A stretch of DNA of 64,000 bases, taken from assembly GCA_965207375.1 (NCBI GenBank), contig OZ242274.1:448001-512000 (forward strand), in the 5' to 3' direction. The stretch comes from Nitrosopumilaceae archaeon (lineage in GTDB: Archaea > Thermoproteota > Nitrososphaeria > Nitrososphaerales > Nitrosopumilaceae). This document shows, one piece after another, positions 30,325 through 39,629 of this stretch. Position 1 is the stretch's first letter. Each line of letters opens with the position of its first letter. The notes below the pieces were generated by a model. The model had not been told where the DNA came from. It made no database searches and saw only the letters and a program-made list of their open reading frames with translations. The position numbers and the translations under genes are program-made.

Positions 30325-32349
30325 GTGAAAACATTATACTTTGTAGTTATTATGGCAGTTTCAGTATCATTATTGCTTGGTGTTCAAACACCAGAGGCGT
30401 TCTCAGAGCATGAGTTATGTTGGGACATTAGTTCCCAATCACTGACTAACAAATTCTGTCACCAAGAGGATTCATCCGTTACAATGTCCCCTCAATTTTA
30501 TACAGATGATAAGGAGATTAACAAAGCTCAAGTCACACTAAACAATCCAGCTCACGGCGACCCCTTTACAGTAACTGTAACTCTAGATGAGCCAGCAAAT
30601 GGAACAATAGAATTTAATGTCCAAGTAGATGACTGTCATGCCACTCACGGTAATATCAAGAAAAGTGCAATAAACCTATGCAGTAATACCAATCATGCCA
30701 CAATAGGCGGTAGCACTACCAGTGATTTTGAATATCACACAGTTTACAATAGTGAAACAGATCGTGATGCAACACCTCCAAAAGATCCAATTTACCTTAC
30801 ACTCAAAACCCAAAAGATAACCATCAATAAAGACGCTACATCAGGTACTGCCACATGGAACACATGTACATTATGTGGCCCTACTTCAGGTGAATCATTC
30901 CTAGTCATGGTTTCACCAATAGTACAACGCACTATAGATAACCCATACCTCTATGATTGGATACATCCTGGTACACCACGTGACACAACGTATGGTAGTC
31001 AATCCTATTGGGAAGCGCATCTTGGCAGGGATGTTCCTACAATACGGCTTATTGATGCTAGCGCCCTTAGTGTTGTAGAAGGTTCCCAAATAGGAGTAAT
31101 TTTCGCCTTTAACCCGACAAACACACCAAGTACACTAATTAGATACAGTATTAGTCAAAGCGGGAATTTTCTAGATGCTGTGTCTCCGCCAGGTGTGTAC
31201 AGTACAACAGCTACTCATGGCGTTCCTCATTATGAAAATACTCATGATGATAGTGTACCCGAAGACGATGGCAGTGTCACATTTTCATTACTTCCAAGCA
31301 GTGATTATAATTTAGGTACCCCTCATAGTTTAACATTTACCGTAACTGATAATGACAGGGGCGGTGACATGCTCCAAAGTGGCGTTCCAATACCAGATAG
31401 TCCAATACCTGAAATTGATCCTGCAGTAATAGACGGTGCAAGGCTAATGGCAGAACAAACTCATCTTGGTGCAGATCACGTTGACAGATGGAATAGGGTC
31501 TTGGCAGCATTTGGAGTGACACAACATGATAATCCTATGACAGCAGATGAGGCTCTGGCCAATGTATCAAAATACAATAATGCATTTTGGCAGTTGGTAG
31601 CCGCAGAAATAAAGAAATTAGAGACTTACTTTGATACGGTCTCACAGCAGCCACAGCAGCAAAATGCAACACAAAATACACCACAGCAACCACAGGAAAT
31701 ACACGTACCACAGATTAATCACACATCAAATATCGCACAAGATACACCGATAATTGTACCAGAATCTATACCAATACCTACAGCTGACCCAGAACTAATT
31801 GAAGATATAAAGTACCTAGCAAGTCAAGTACATCACGGTCACCAACATGTTGACAGATGGAATAGAGCACTTGCAGCATTTGGAGTGATACAACATGATA
31901 ATCCACTTACTGCAGCAGAGGCTCAGGCAAATACAAAGAAATATTCTAGTCCATTATGGGTCAAGATTGCAAATATCTTACAAGAGCGTGAGGCTGCAAT
32001 TGAACAACAACAGCAACAACAACAGCAAAAAGCAACACAAAATACACCACAGCCGCCACAGGAAATACATGTACCACAGATTAATCACACATCAAATATT
32101 GCTCAAGATTCACCACAGGTAGAACCAATAGAACCAACACCTGAACCACCATATACGGTAAATGCAACTTTAATTGAAGCTGTAAAAGAACAAGCTGGTT
32201 TATGGAATAGAACACTTGCAGCATTTAACATTACAGAACATGATAATCCTATGACTACAGCCGAAGCCCAAAACAACACCCAAAAATATTCTAATCCACT
32301 ATGGGCACAGATTGCTGAAACTTTGAAGAAATTAGAGGCGGCAAATTAA
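30325..32349 (+). CDS. Secreted surface protein with Calx-beta-like domain, three helical repeats and Q/P-rich linkers
   Basis: Signal peptide; SVVEG...T.DDSVPEDDGSVT..L.....Y......VTDND; 3x WNR.LAAF....HDNP.TA.EA..N..KY....W..IA. Confidence 0.8.
   Translation: MKTLYFVVIMAVSVSLLLGVQTPEAFSEHELCWDISSQSLTNKFCHQEDSSVTMSPQFYTDDKEINKAQVTLNNPAHGDPFTVTVTLDEPANGTIEFNVQVDDCHATHGNIKKSAINLCSNTNHATIGGSTTSDFEYHTVYNSETDRDATPPKDPIYLTLKTQKITINKDATSGTATWNTCTLCGPTSGESFLVMVSPIVQRTIDNPYLYDWIHPGTPRDTTYGSQSYWEAHLGRDVPTIRLIDASALSVVEGSQIGVIFAFNPTNTPSTLIRYSISQSGNFLDAVSPPGVYSTTATHGVPHYENTHDDSVPEDDGSVTFSLLPSSDYNLGTPHSLTFTVTDNDRGGDMLQSGVPIPDSPIPEIDPAVIDGARLMAEQTHLGADHVDRWNRVLAAFGVTQHDNPMTADEALANVSKYNNAFWQLVAAEIKKLETYFDTVSQQPQQQNATQNTPQQPQEIHVPQINHTSNIAQDTPIIVPESIPIPTADPELIEDIKYLASQVHHGHQHVDRWNRALAAFGVIQHDNPLTAAEAQANTKKYSSPLWVKIANILQEREAAIEQQQQQQQQKATQNTPQPPQEIHVPQINHTSNIAQDSPQVEPIEPTPEPPYTVNATLIEAVKEQAGLWNRTLAAFNITEHDNPMTTAEAQNNTQKYSNPLWAQIAETLKKLEAAN
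31666..32099 (+). repeat. Near-identical ~68-bp direct repeats (31666-31733, 32032-32099) and CAA/CAG poly-Q tract (32005-32028)
   Basis: gcaacacaaaatacaccacagc..ccacaggaaataca.gtaccacagattaatcacacatcaaatat twice. Confidence 0.85.
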
Positions 32350-32538
32350 ACATCGTGTAATGTCTTTTAATCTGGAATGTTTTGCCTGCATTTTCATTAA
32401 ATACAAATCATGCTGTTTGGATTTTGTAGGTGACGACCTGACATAATTTTTGGCAGAATTTGCAGGTGACGAATTCTAGTATAACATTTTCAGATTGTAC
32501 TTATATGACGAATTAATTCTAGTATAATAGTAAATTCA

Positions 32539-32895
32539 ATGACTGTAGTAAAAGATGTTGGAAACAAGTCCAAAGAATTCTATGAATTTGTATTGCCGCC
32601 AATTGACATGCATATTGAAGAGAATCGATTGATAGTCATCATCGATTTGCCAGGATTTGACAAAAAAGATCTAAAGATACACCTTGATGCAAATATTTTG
32701 TGCATAAATGCAGAAAAACCAAAGATAAAGGAAAATCCAATATACAAGCAAAGACCAGACATTATAGATAAGAAAATCAAATTGCCTGTACACATCAAAG
32801 AAGGTGAGGAAAAAGTCGAGGCCGTACAGTTTTCTCAGGGCGTTTTACGTATAACAATACCATTCAAGTCAGAAAAAGACATTACAATAAAATGA
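32539..32895 (+). CDS. Small heat-shock protein (Hsp20/alpha-crystallin)
   Basis: PPIDM, DLPGFDK, I.LP, GVL.I.IP. Confidence 0.92.
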   Translation: MTVVKDVGNKSKEFYEFVLPPIDMHIEENRLIVIIDLPGFDKKDLKIHLDANILCINAEKPKIKENPIYKQRPDIIDKKIKLPVHIKEGEEKVEAVQFSQGVLRITIPFKSEKDITIK

Positions 32896-34428
32896 TTATC
32901 TCTTTCTAAATGCAGTAAATATTCCCATGATTACCAGTGAGCAAATCATTCCAGATATTGCCAGAGATTCATTTGACGAATACAATAAAGAGGAGCCGAT
33001 AAAAATAGCAGCAGACAGAATGCTTCCAGATAATAAGATGTTTGATTTGGGCTTTTTGTTCAATTGCAATGATCTGTTATCATCAAGATATCGCTTTAAT
33101 TCAGGGGCAATTGAGATGGTAGCATCAATTGATTTTGCAAATTTTGTAAAAGAGTATTTTAGTTCCTCAATGTAGGCGTTTTTGATGAGGTCTTCCTCTT
33201 GCAGAATTTCCTTCAATACCTTGACAAACTTGAAATCAACTTCATGTGTCTTGTAGATACCCTCAATTATTGATGCCATTCTCATGTATAATGCCAAATG
33301 TTTGGGCAGCACAAACGGGAATTTGCTCATAGTTTTATTTGCAATCTCCATCAAACTGTTAACCTCCATTTCAGATGGTTTGCGGCCATGTAGTGCATCA
33401 ACGGTAAGCCCTATTGCCTGTTCAATTACTGAATGGTTAAAGTTGGCAGTAAGCATCCCCAATTCGCTCATTGCATTTACCGTACGTGGTGGATCTTTTT
33501 CTACAAGTGCTAGATACAGTCTAACTAGTTTTTTACGACTGTCATCATCTAGTTTGCCAACCATGCCATAGTCATAAAGAATCAGCCTACCCTCATCGGT
33601 AACTGAGACATTTCCAGGATGAGGATCTGCATGAAAAATAGAATGGCGTAACAACATTGTAAAGAAAACCTTGTGAACATCAATTACTAGTTTTGTTCGG
33701 TCAATATTTTTGGCATCTAATGCTTCAATATCAGTTACTTTGATTCCAGGAATGTATTCCATAACAAGTATGTTTTCAGAACAATATTGAGGATACACAT
33801 TAGGGATAAGCACAGAAGAGTTGCTCATGTTTGATTTGATTTGTTTGAGATTAGAATATTCTATTCTATAGTCAAGTTCCTCATGGACTGTTTCAATAAA
33901 TTGAGACAGCATGGCCTTTGCTGAGAATCTAAGATTGGGATCAACTAAGCGCAGGCCCAGAGGAAGTATTTTTTTGAGAACACGCAAATCATCTTCTACT
34001 ATTTTCTCAATTCCCGGACGCTTGACCTTGACGATTATTTGCTGATCTTTTAGTTTGGCTCGGTACACCTGTCCTAATGATGCGCCAGACAGTGCAGTAG
34101 ACTCAAAATCATCAAAGGTAGAATCAATGGGACCAAATTCCTTTTCTATGATAGGCTTTACCTGCTCAAATGGTGCCACAGGAACATCATCTTGAAGTTT
34201 TGCAAGTTCTTGCATGTATGGCTGTGGCAGTATGTCTGCACGTGAGGAAAGCCACTGTCCCAGTTTGATGTATACCGGTCCCAAGTCAACAAACGTATCT
34301 AGTGCCTTTGCGGCATTTTTACGATATTTTTGTGAATTAGTGTTTTTGCTGTTTGACCATTGCTTTCTGTCCTTGCGAAGTGCCAAAGCAAAGGGAAGAA
34401 GCTTGAATAAGACTTGAAGTGTTCGCAC
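32896..34428 (-). CDS. ABC1/AarF/UbiB family atypical kinase
   Basis: LGPVYIKLGQ, ASLGQVY, VKVKRPG, HADPHPGN, DYGMVG. Confidence 0.95.
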   Translation of the reverse strand: MRTLQVLFKLLPFALALRKDRKQWSNSKNTNSQKYRKNAAKALDTFVDLGPVYIKLGQWLSSRADILPQPYMQELAKLQDDVPVAPFEQVKPIIEKEFGPIDSTFDDFESTALSGASLGQVYRAKLKDQQIIVKVKRPGIEKIVEDDLRVLKKILPLGLRLVDPNLRFSAKAMLSQFIETVHEELDYRIEYSNLKQIKSNMSNSSVLIPNVYPQYCSENILVMEYIPGIKVTDIEALDAKNIDRTKLVIDVHKVFFTMLLRHSIFHADPHPGNVSVTDEGRLILYDYGMVGKLDDDSRKKLVRLYLALVEKDPPRTVNAMSELGMLTANFNHSVIEQAIGLTVDALHGRKPSEMEVNSLMEIANKTMSKFPFVLPKHLALYMRMASIIEGIYKTHEVDFKFVKVLKEILQEEDLIKNAYIEELKYSFTKFAKSIDATISIAPELKRYLDDNRSLQLNKKPKSNILLSGSILSAAIFIGSSLLYSSNESLAISGMICSLVIMGIFTAFRKR

Positions 34429-34435
34429 AGTACAA

Positions 34436-34822
34436 TCACTCCAAATTCTTTTTGATGGTTTTGGTGATATAGTATCCTACATATCCCAAAGGAACAGCAC
34501 CAATTAATCCGGCAAATAATGCAAGCTTGTCAGAATTAGAGTTTTGAGATATTGCATCTGCGATCTTTTTGCCGCCAAATATTGCACAAGCCAATCCTAC
34601 AAGAAATTCAGGTGCATCATGTATCAAATGGCCCAAAGGGTCTCGGCGCGGATCCACCTTATCAGTATGAACCAAATATTTGTCATCATATTCTCTAATG
34701 TGTAAATTTCCATAACGATACTGTTTTTTTGCACCGTTTTTTTGGCCCAGATTGGATTCGGCAGCACCAGTTATCATAAATTGGCGTATTTCCTTTGGAA
34801 CCTCGATTTCGTTTCTTGACAC
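34436..34822 (-). CDS. Conserved archaeal membrane protein
   Basis: LGQ..GA..QYR...LHIREY....VH.D.VDP..DPLGHL..DAPE plus TM segments. Confidence 0.75.
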   Translation of the reverse strand: MSRNEIEVPKEIRQFMITGAAESNLGQKNGAKKQYRYGNLHIREYDDKYLVHTDKVDPRRDPLGHLIHDAPEFLVGLACAIFGGKKIADAISQNSNSDKLALFAGLIGAVPLGYVGYYITKTIKKNLE

Positions 34823-34866
34823 GATCGCAAGATCGAGTAATTGCTTATAATCTTAGCCCATAATGG

Positions 34867-34966
34867 CAGCTAAGCGAAATGTGACCCAAATTCTTGCCCC
34901 CATCTCTGTCACTCTGCTTGCATTTCTGGGCAGATTTTGGCCTATTGCCTACATTTCGTTTAGCTG
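34867..34966. mobile_element. MITE family A (ISH3-like ends)
   Basis: TIRs cagctaagcgaaatgt / acatttcgtttagctg (1 mismatch); inverted relative to 6747-6842. Confidence 0.8.
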
Positions 34967-35011
34967 CTTAACACTTACTATTTTTATAATACTTTGTTAT
35001 ACTGTAATTGT

Positions 35012-35070
35012 CTATACTTGAATCCTTAGTGTGAGCAGTTTGCTGGCGACTAAGGCTCATGTGAGTATAG
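35012..35070 (-). ncRNA. Candidate structured RNA immediately 3' of DUF3800-like gene
   Basis: Minus strand CUAUACU-caca-UGAG-CCUUAGU-cgcc-AGCA-aac-UGCU-cac-ACUAAGG-a-UUCA-AGUAUAG nested stems. Confidence 0.55.
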
Positions 35071-35075
35071 GCTTT

Positions 35076-35648
35076 TCATTTAAAATCATGTAATAGTTTA
35101 GATTTTACATCATTTCTAATATCTAGTGTTACTACACCTTTTGGTTCTAACCCGTGATTATTACACCATGCAACAACATCTGACAAATCATATGCTGAGC
35201 CCTTGTAAGAATATTTCAGATTAACATCTTTTGCAAATCTTATACAATCACCATCACATTGAAAGATTACATCTTCCAAGCTTTGACCATGTTCTAATAC
35301 AAACCGTTGGAGTCTTTCTATAATGTATCTTGACACAGCTAAATTACATGCATAAAAAATTTTTTCGTTTAAGATATTTTTTTTCTTAATGCGTCTCATA
35401 TTTCGGATTTTATTTGTAATAATATTTCTGTCAATTCTAATACAAAATGCAATATTGTTTTTGCCGTCAAATCTTAATTTAGATATGATTGCATTTTGTT
35501 TATCGCTATGTATGTTTCGCATGTGTATATGATCATATCCCATGGTATTAAAAATTGCAGATATACTTTCCTCGGTTCCAATTACAATTGCGATAAATTT
35601 ATCATAAGAATCATTATTTCCTGAAAAGTCCATTCCACCAACAAGCAT
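35076..35648 (-). CDS. DUF3800-like (RNase H-fold) protein
   Basis: MLVGGMDFSG N-terminal strand with D.SG, IHM, central CD, C-terminal LSDVVAW (cf. QLAD.vA); AT-rich; alternative start GTG 35660. Confidence 0.65.
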   Translation of the reverse strand: MLVGGMDFSGNNDSYDKFIAIVIGTEESISAIFNTMGYDHIHMRNIHSDKQNAIISKLRFDGKNNIAFCIRIDRNIITNKIRNMRRIKKKNILNEKIFYACNLAVSRYIIERLQRFVLEHGQSLEDVIFQCDGDCIRFAKDVNLKYSYKGSAYDLSDVVAWCNNHGLEPKGVVTLDIRNDVKSKLLHDFK

Positions 35649-35779
35649 TATTGACCTCACCTAATATCAAACGATTTTGGATTTGAAAACGTAAACAAAA
35701 TCTCGATAACTATCATTTCAAATTCTCCATAATTGCAGCTTTCTTTTCCCGTATAAATTCTACTACACAACCTGTCTTG

Positions 35780-36163
35780 CTATATGTGATTGGAAAACGT
35801 CCTGTACTGATTCCTGTATAATTCCATTGATTGCAGATACATACCACCGGTCAGATGATACATTGCTGTTTTTTGTTTTACCGCATTTGCACATTCTCCT
35901 ACGGAGGAATCCATGATGGCAGGCCTCAACATTCCGGTGCTAAGATCATCAACTCCACATATTGCATTGTCCTTGACTGAGCAAGTAGCACATGCAAGCA
36001 TGTTTTTGGCACCACATGTGGCATCTTGATATAATCGTGAATTATTTAATAGTTTACGGCTCTGGGTTTTTGTCTTGACAACAAAAATCATCTAGAGCTG
36101 CTCTAGTGTTCTCTGTATTTTTGGGCGGATTTTGGTCTCTTTTGCCCATATTTCACTTAGCTA
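35780..36163 (-). mobile_element. Decayed ISH3-like IS left end with truncated transposase N-terminus
   Basis: End tagctaagtgaaatatg matches the MITE-A TIR and about 55 bp of subterminal sequence; ORF 36091-35780 has NA...DD...L..A..D.SV...T.MYHL, reminiscent of ISH3 transposases. Confidence 0.6.
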
Positions 36164-36240
36164 CAATGTATAACCAGTTGCGAGTCTGCCTTGACGACAT
36201 TTGAATTTTTTATGGTTCCGGTGTAAGATATTGTTAAAAT

Positions 36241-36335
36241 GTACTTGTTCACCTCGTGCCTAATTTTTCAATCATTATATCACCATCTGGGCATCTATGT
36301 TAACCACAAATTAACTCTATTACGTGAACAAGTAC
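36241..36335. mobile_element. MITE family B, intact copy
   Basis: Perfect 12-bp TIR gtacttgttcac / gtgaacaagtac flanked by perfect 8-bp direct repeat GTTAAAAT. Confidence 0.88.
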
Positions 36336-36414
36336 GTTAAAATTATCTGTTATATCAAAGGCATACCGCAAGTCAATATCAATTGATATATAACAAGGGC
36401 ACATAGGGGTAATA

Positions 36415-37671
36415 ATGAACACAACGACGGCAAAAATTATTCTTGCAACAGTATTTACATTGGGACTAGCACTATCTGCAATGCAATCATCATATGCTGA
36501 AAGCATTGAAGAGTCATTTGAGAAGAAATTTTTCAAAATGATGGATGAAAAGAAAAACCTCCTAGTAAAAGAACTTGAAAACAATTCTACAAATATTGAG
36601 AAAATAAAAACACTTCAAACTGAATACTGGCAGGTAAATGAGATGCTAAACACGATGATTTATGTTGAGCCAAAAAGAGATTTTCTTGCAGAATGGGAAG
36701 CAAAAGAAAAACAAATTAAATTACTTGAAGAGAGTTTGCAACAATCTAATAAATTTGATGAATTCGATTTTATGGAACCTATACTTGAGAAAAAGATTCA
36801 AGCCATTAATGACGAAATATTTGTTTTAGAAGAACAGAGTATTGCCTCTATGATTCTAGATGAAAAAACAAAAAAACATCTAGAAACAATTGAAACGGAA
36901 ATCTTCACATCTTATCCTGATATATATGATATAGGAATTGATTCTGAGCAAAAAAAAGTCTTGGTTTTAGTAGATTATGAAAATCCTGATCATGTAAAAA
37001 GTGCCCAAAGCATACTTGAGCAATTTGGTACAAATAATGTCATAATCACACCTACAACACCTACAGCATGTGCATCAACAACTTCTAATTGTGATCCACT
37101 TTTGGGAGGACTTGCAATTAAAAGAGCCAATGAACCATCTAATAGAGGATATAGTGGTTCCATAGGATACAAAGCCAAAGATACAAACAACAACATTGGT
37201 TTTGTAACTGCAGGTCACGTAGTAGAAAAAAATGGGGTAGACATAATGTTGTATGATGGAACAAGTATCGGAGTGTCTTCTAATTACCATGAAAAAACTA
37301 AAGATGGGGGATATGACGTAGCCTTTGTAAAAACCACAAAAATAAGCGATGATATATTCAAATCATCTAACAGAACACTTGACATCAGTTCTTATGCTAC
37401 AAGTAACAGCTCTCACAATGCAGGCAATTTTATCTACTTTAGTGGAGCAACCTCAAACGGTGAGGAAAGAAGTAAGATCAAACTATACACCAGATCAGGA
37501 GTGGTATTATTTACTGACAATTATCCTACTTTTGGAGATAGTGGAGGTACAGTTTATGATAAAGATCGACGTGGAAAAATCAAACTCATGGGACATATAA
37601 CTAACAATAACATATACGTTCCAGTGCATGTAATAAAAAACAGTTACAATATAACTCCGCAATTGAGGTAA
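36415..37671 (+). CDS. Secreted S1 (chymotrypsin/alpha-lytic-like) serine protease with coiled-coil pro-region
   Basis: Signal peptide; FVTAGH, DVAFV, GDSGG catalytic triad motifs. Confidence 0.88.
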   Translation: MNTTTAKIILATVFTLGLALSAMQSSYAESIEESFEKKFFKMMDEKKNLLVKELENNSTNIEKIKTLQTEYWQVNEMLNTMIYVEPKRDFLAEWEAKEKQIKLLEESLQQSNKFDEFDFMEPILEKKIQAINDEIFVLEEQSIASMILDEKTKKHLETIETEIFTSYPDIYDIGIDSEQKKVLVLVDYENPDHVKSAQSILEQFGTNNVIITPTTPTACASTTSNCDPLLGGLAIKRANEPSNRGYSGSIGYKAKDTNNNIGFVTAGHVVEKNGVDIMLYDGTSIGVSSNYHEKTKDGGYDVAFVKTTKISDDIFKSSNRTLDISSYATSNSSHNAGNFIYFSGATSNGEERSKIKLYTRSGVVLFTDNYPTFGDSGGTVYDKDRRGKIKLMGHITNNNIYVPVHVIKNSYNITPQLR

Positions 37672-37732
37672 ATTCTCTTTTTTTATAATCATGAAAAATA
37701 ATACAATGTGTTTGTTTGATAAATCTAACAAT

Positions 37733-38245
37733 ATGAAAATATTCTTACTTTTTTTTACTACAGTTGCTTTATCATTTCTAATGCCTGCCTTTGGTTCTTC
37801 AGAAATGGAAACGTGGATAAATATACGAGGAGAAGAGGTAAGGGTGTTTTCTTCATCTGTTGAGGGACTGCTCACACGTGGATATTTTGAACAAAAAACA
37901 ATAGAACACATAACGTATTCTGCACAGTTTGATATAAGGGACGTATATTTTGCTGACAGATGGACTATAGCATTGCAGCTGCCGCAACTAGATAAAAAAT
38001 CATTGCTGTCAATTACGATACCTCGAAATGTTCTTGATTCCACACATGGTTACAATTCAGAAAAAGAAAATTACAATCTCTCTGAATACATCGTAATAGT
38101 TGATGATACAATAGAAATCGACCACATTGAGCTTGTGCCTTCCAAGACACATAGAACCATTCTAGTTAGTCTGGAACCAGGTGCTTTCATCATTGAGATT
38201 GTTGGGACATGCATTACAGAGCAATGTCATAAAGACTTGACATGA
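37733..38245 (+). CDS. Secreted protein with thaumarchaeal surface-protein beta domain
   Basis: Signal peptide; TIPRNVLDS...VIVD...RTI......IEIVGT as in PEFG-CTERM protein C-domains, without a TM anchor. Confidence 0.7.
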   Translation: MKIFLLFFTTVALSFLMPAFGSSEMETWINIRGEEVRVFSSSVEGLLTRGYFEQKTIEHITYSAQFDIRDVYFADRWTIALQLPQLDKKSLLSITIPRNVLDSTHGYNSEKENYNLSEYIVIVDDTIEIDHIELVPSKTHRTILVSLEPGAFIIEIVGTCITEQCHKDLT

Positions 38246-38339
38246 CTTATTTGGTGTGTTTTGCATTCCGTACAAGTTAACCTAAAAAATAAAGGCATTG
38301 ATTTAGATTACTGTTTTGCAGATTTTCAAAATTGATAAA

Positions 38340-39629
38340 TTATACAACAGTTTGCCTTTTTTTACGCATACGCATGTAAAAGAAGATTCCAATTCCAATT
38401 ATAATTGGGATAATAATCAGTCCAGTTTGATCAGGATCTGTAGCTGCTAGATTCGGATCCTCAACTGTTACGGCAGTCTCATATGTAAGAAATTGTTCGT
38501 CACGTAGTGTATCTTTGTACCTTACGGTAATTTTGATGTCGTGTTTACCGTATCGTGGCTCTCCGTCAAATTCAACGGGAATGTTAAACGGTACTGGAGA
38601 ATCTGTCTCAATTTCGTCGATGAATTGCTTGGTTTGCTTTAGGTTAGAGTCGCCCATCGGAGTCATCGTCACAAATCCAAACAAAGCCTCCTCGTTGCCC
38701 TCATTGATGATATTTCCAATGATTAGCTGTCTGTCACCAAGATTTCGTGTCTGGACATCATATATTGTCAAATCAATTAATCCCTTTACAAAAAAATCAA
38801 CCACCCTGTTAATTGTATGAGTGTCACCATGCGCGTTGAAATAAGTTACCTGCATTGGAGTTCTCAGCGACTCGGCTCTAAGGGACTCTGGTACATATAT
38901 CAGAAATTCCAGGAATTTGGACTCTCCGGGCCCGATGTGGCCTACCTCCCAGTTACTATCAAGTATGACAACATTTTCCACATTCGTAACTGATGTTGAT
39001 GTGCTAGATATTGCAGTCTGAGTATTTTGTAACTCTAGTTCCACATCAGATACTGGTGCGGAGCCATCATTGGTGATCTCAATTATGACCTTGTTTTCCT
39101 GAAGCGATGTAAGGAATGGGTTTACTGCACGCATGTTGATGATGCTGTCTCCAGTTAATTTGAAATCAAAATCAAAAAAGGCAGTTCTCGTTCCAGATTC
39201 GCGCAATCTAGAAAAATCCACCTTGACTGTTCCAGGATACTGTTGTAACTGTGCATGTTCATCCACATTTACAAAAAATGTCAGTGCAAAGTTTTCACCG
39301 GCAAGAGAATTTGAATCAGCATCTGCATATACTAGCGAGCCGGGGCCGTCTGCAGAAGAGAATTGGTTGGGCAGTCCAAGCTGGCCGCGGATTCCTGTAA
39401 TATCCTGAGTGCCCACATTTGCCAAAATTACAGTAAGTGGGGTGTTTTTGTCGCCGGGTCCGACCTCAATCTTCTCATCCACAGTACCAAAATACGCATC
39501 AAGGAACTTTACATCGCCGAATTCGCGCTCAAATGGAGAATTTCCAAAACCCTGAACCTGCTGGGCAAATGCATCAGAAATCACTACGCTGCACAATACA
39601 GTAAATGAAATCAGGAGAACAGTCTTCAT
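38340..39629 (-). CDS. COG1361-type S-layer/Ig-like domain protein partnered with an ABC exporter
   Basis: Signal peptide, repeated N.G...I.PGES Ig-like domains, C-terminal TM + basic tail. Confidence 0.8.
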   Translation of the reverse strand: MKTVLLISFTVLCSVVISDAFAQQVQGFGNSPFEREFGDVKFLDAYFGTVDEKIEVGPGDKNTPLTVILANVGTQDITGIRGQLGLPNQFSSADGPGSLVYADADSNSLAGENFALTFFVNVDEHAQLQQYPGTVKVDFSRLRESGTRTAFFDFDFKLTGDSIINMRAVNPFLTSLQENKVIIEITNDGSAPVSDVELELQNTQTAISSTSTSVTNVENVVILDSNWEVGHIGPGESKFLEFLIYVPESLRAESLRTPMQVTYFNAHGDTHTINRVVDFFVKGLIDLTIYDVQTRNLGDRQLIIGNIINEGNEEALFGFVTMTPMGDSNLKQTKQFIDEIETDSPVPFNIPVEFDGEPRYGKHDIKITVRYKDTLRDEQFLTYETAVTVEDPNLAATDPDQTGLIIIPIIIGIGIFFYMRMRKKRQTVV

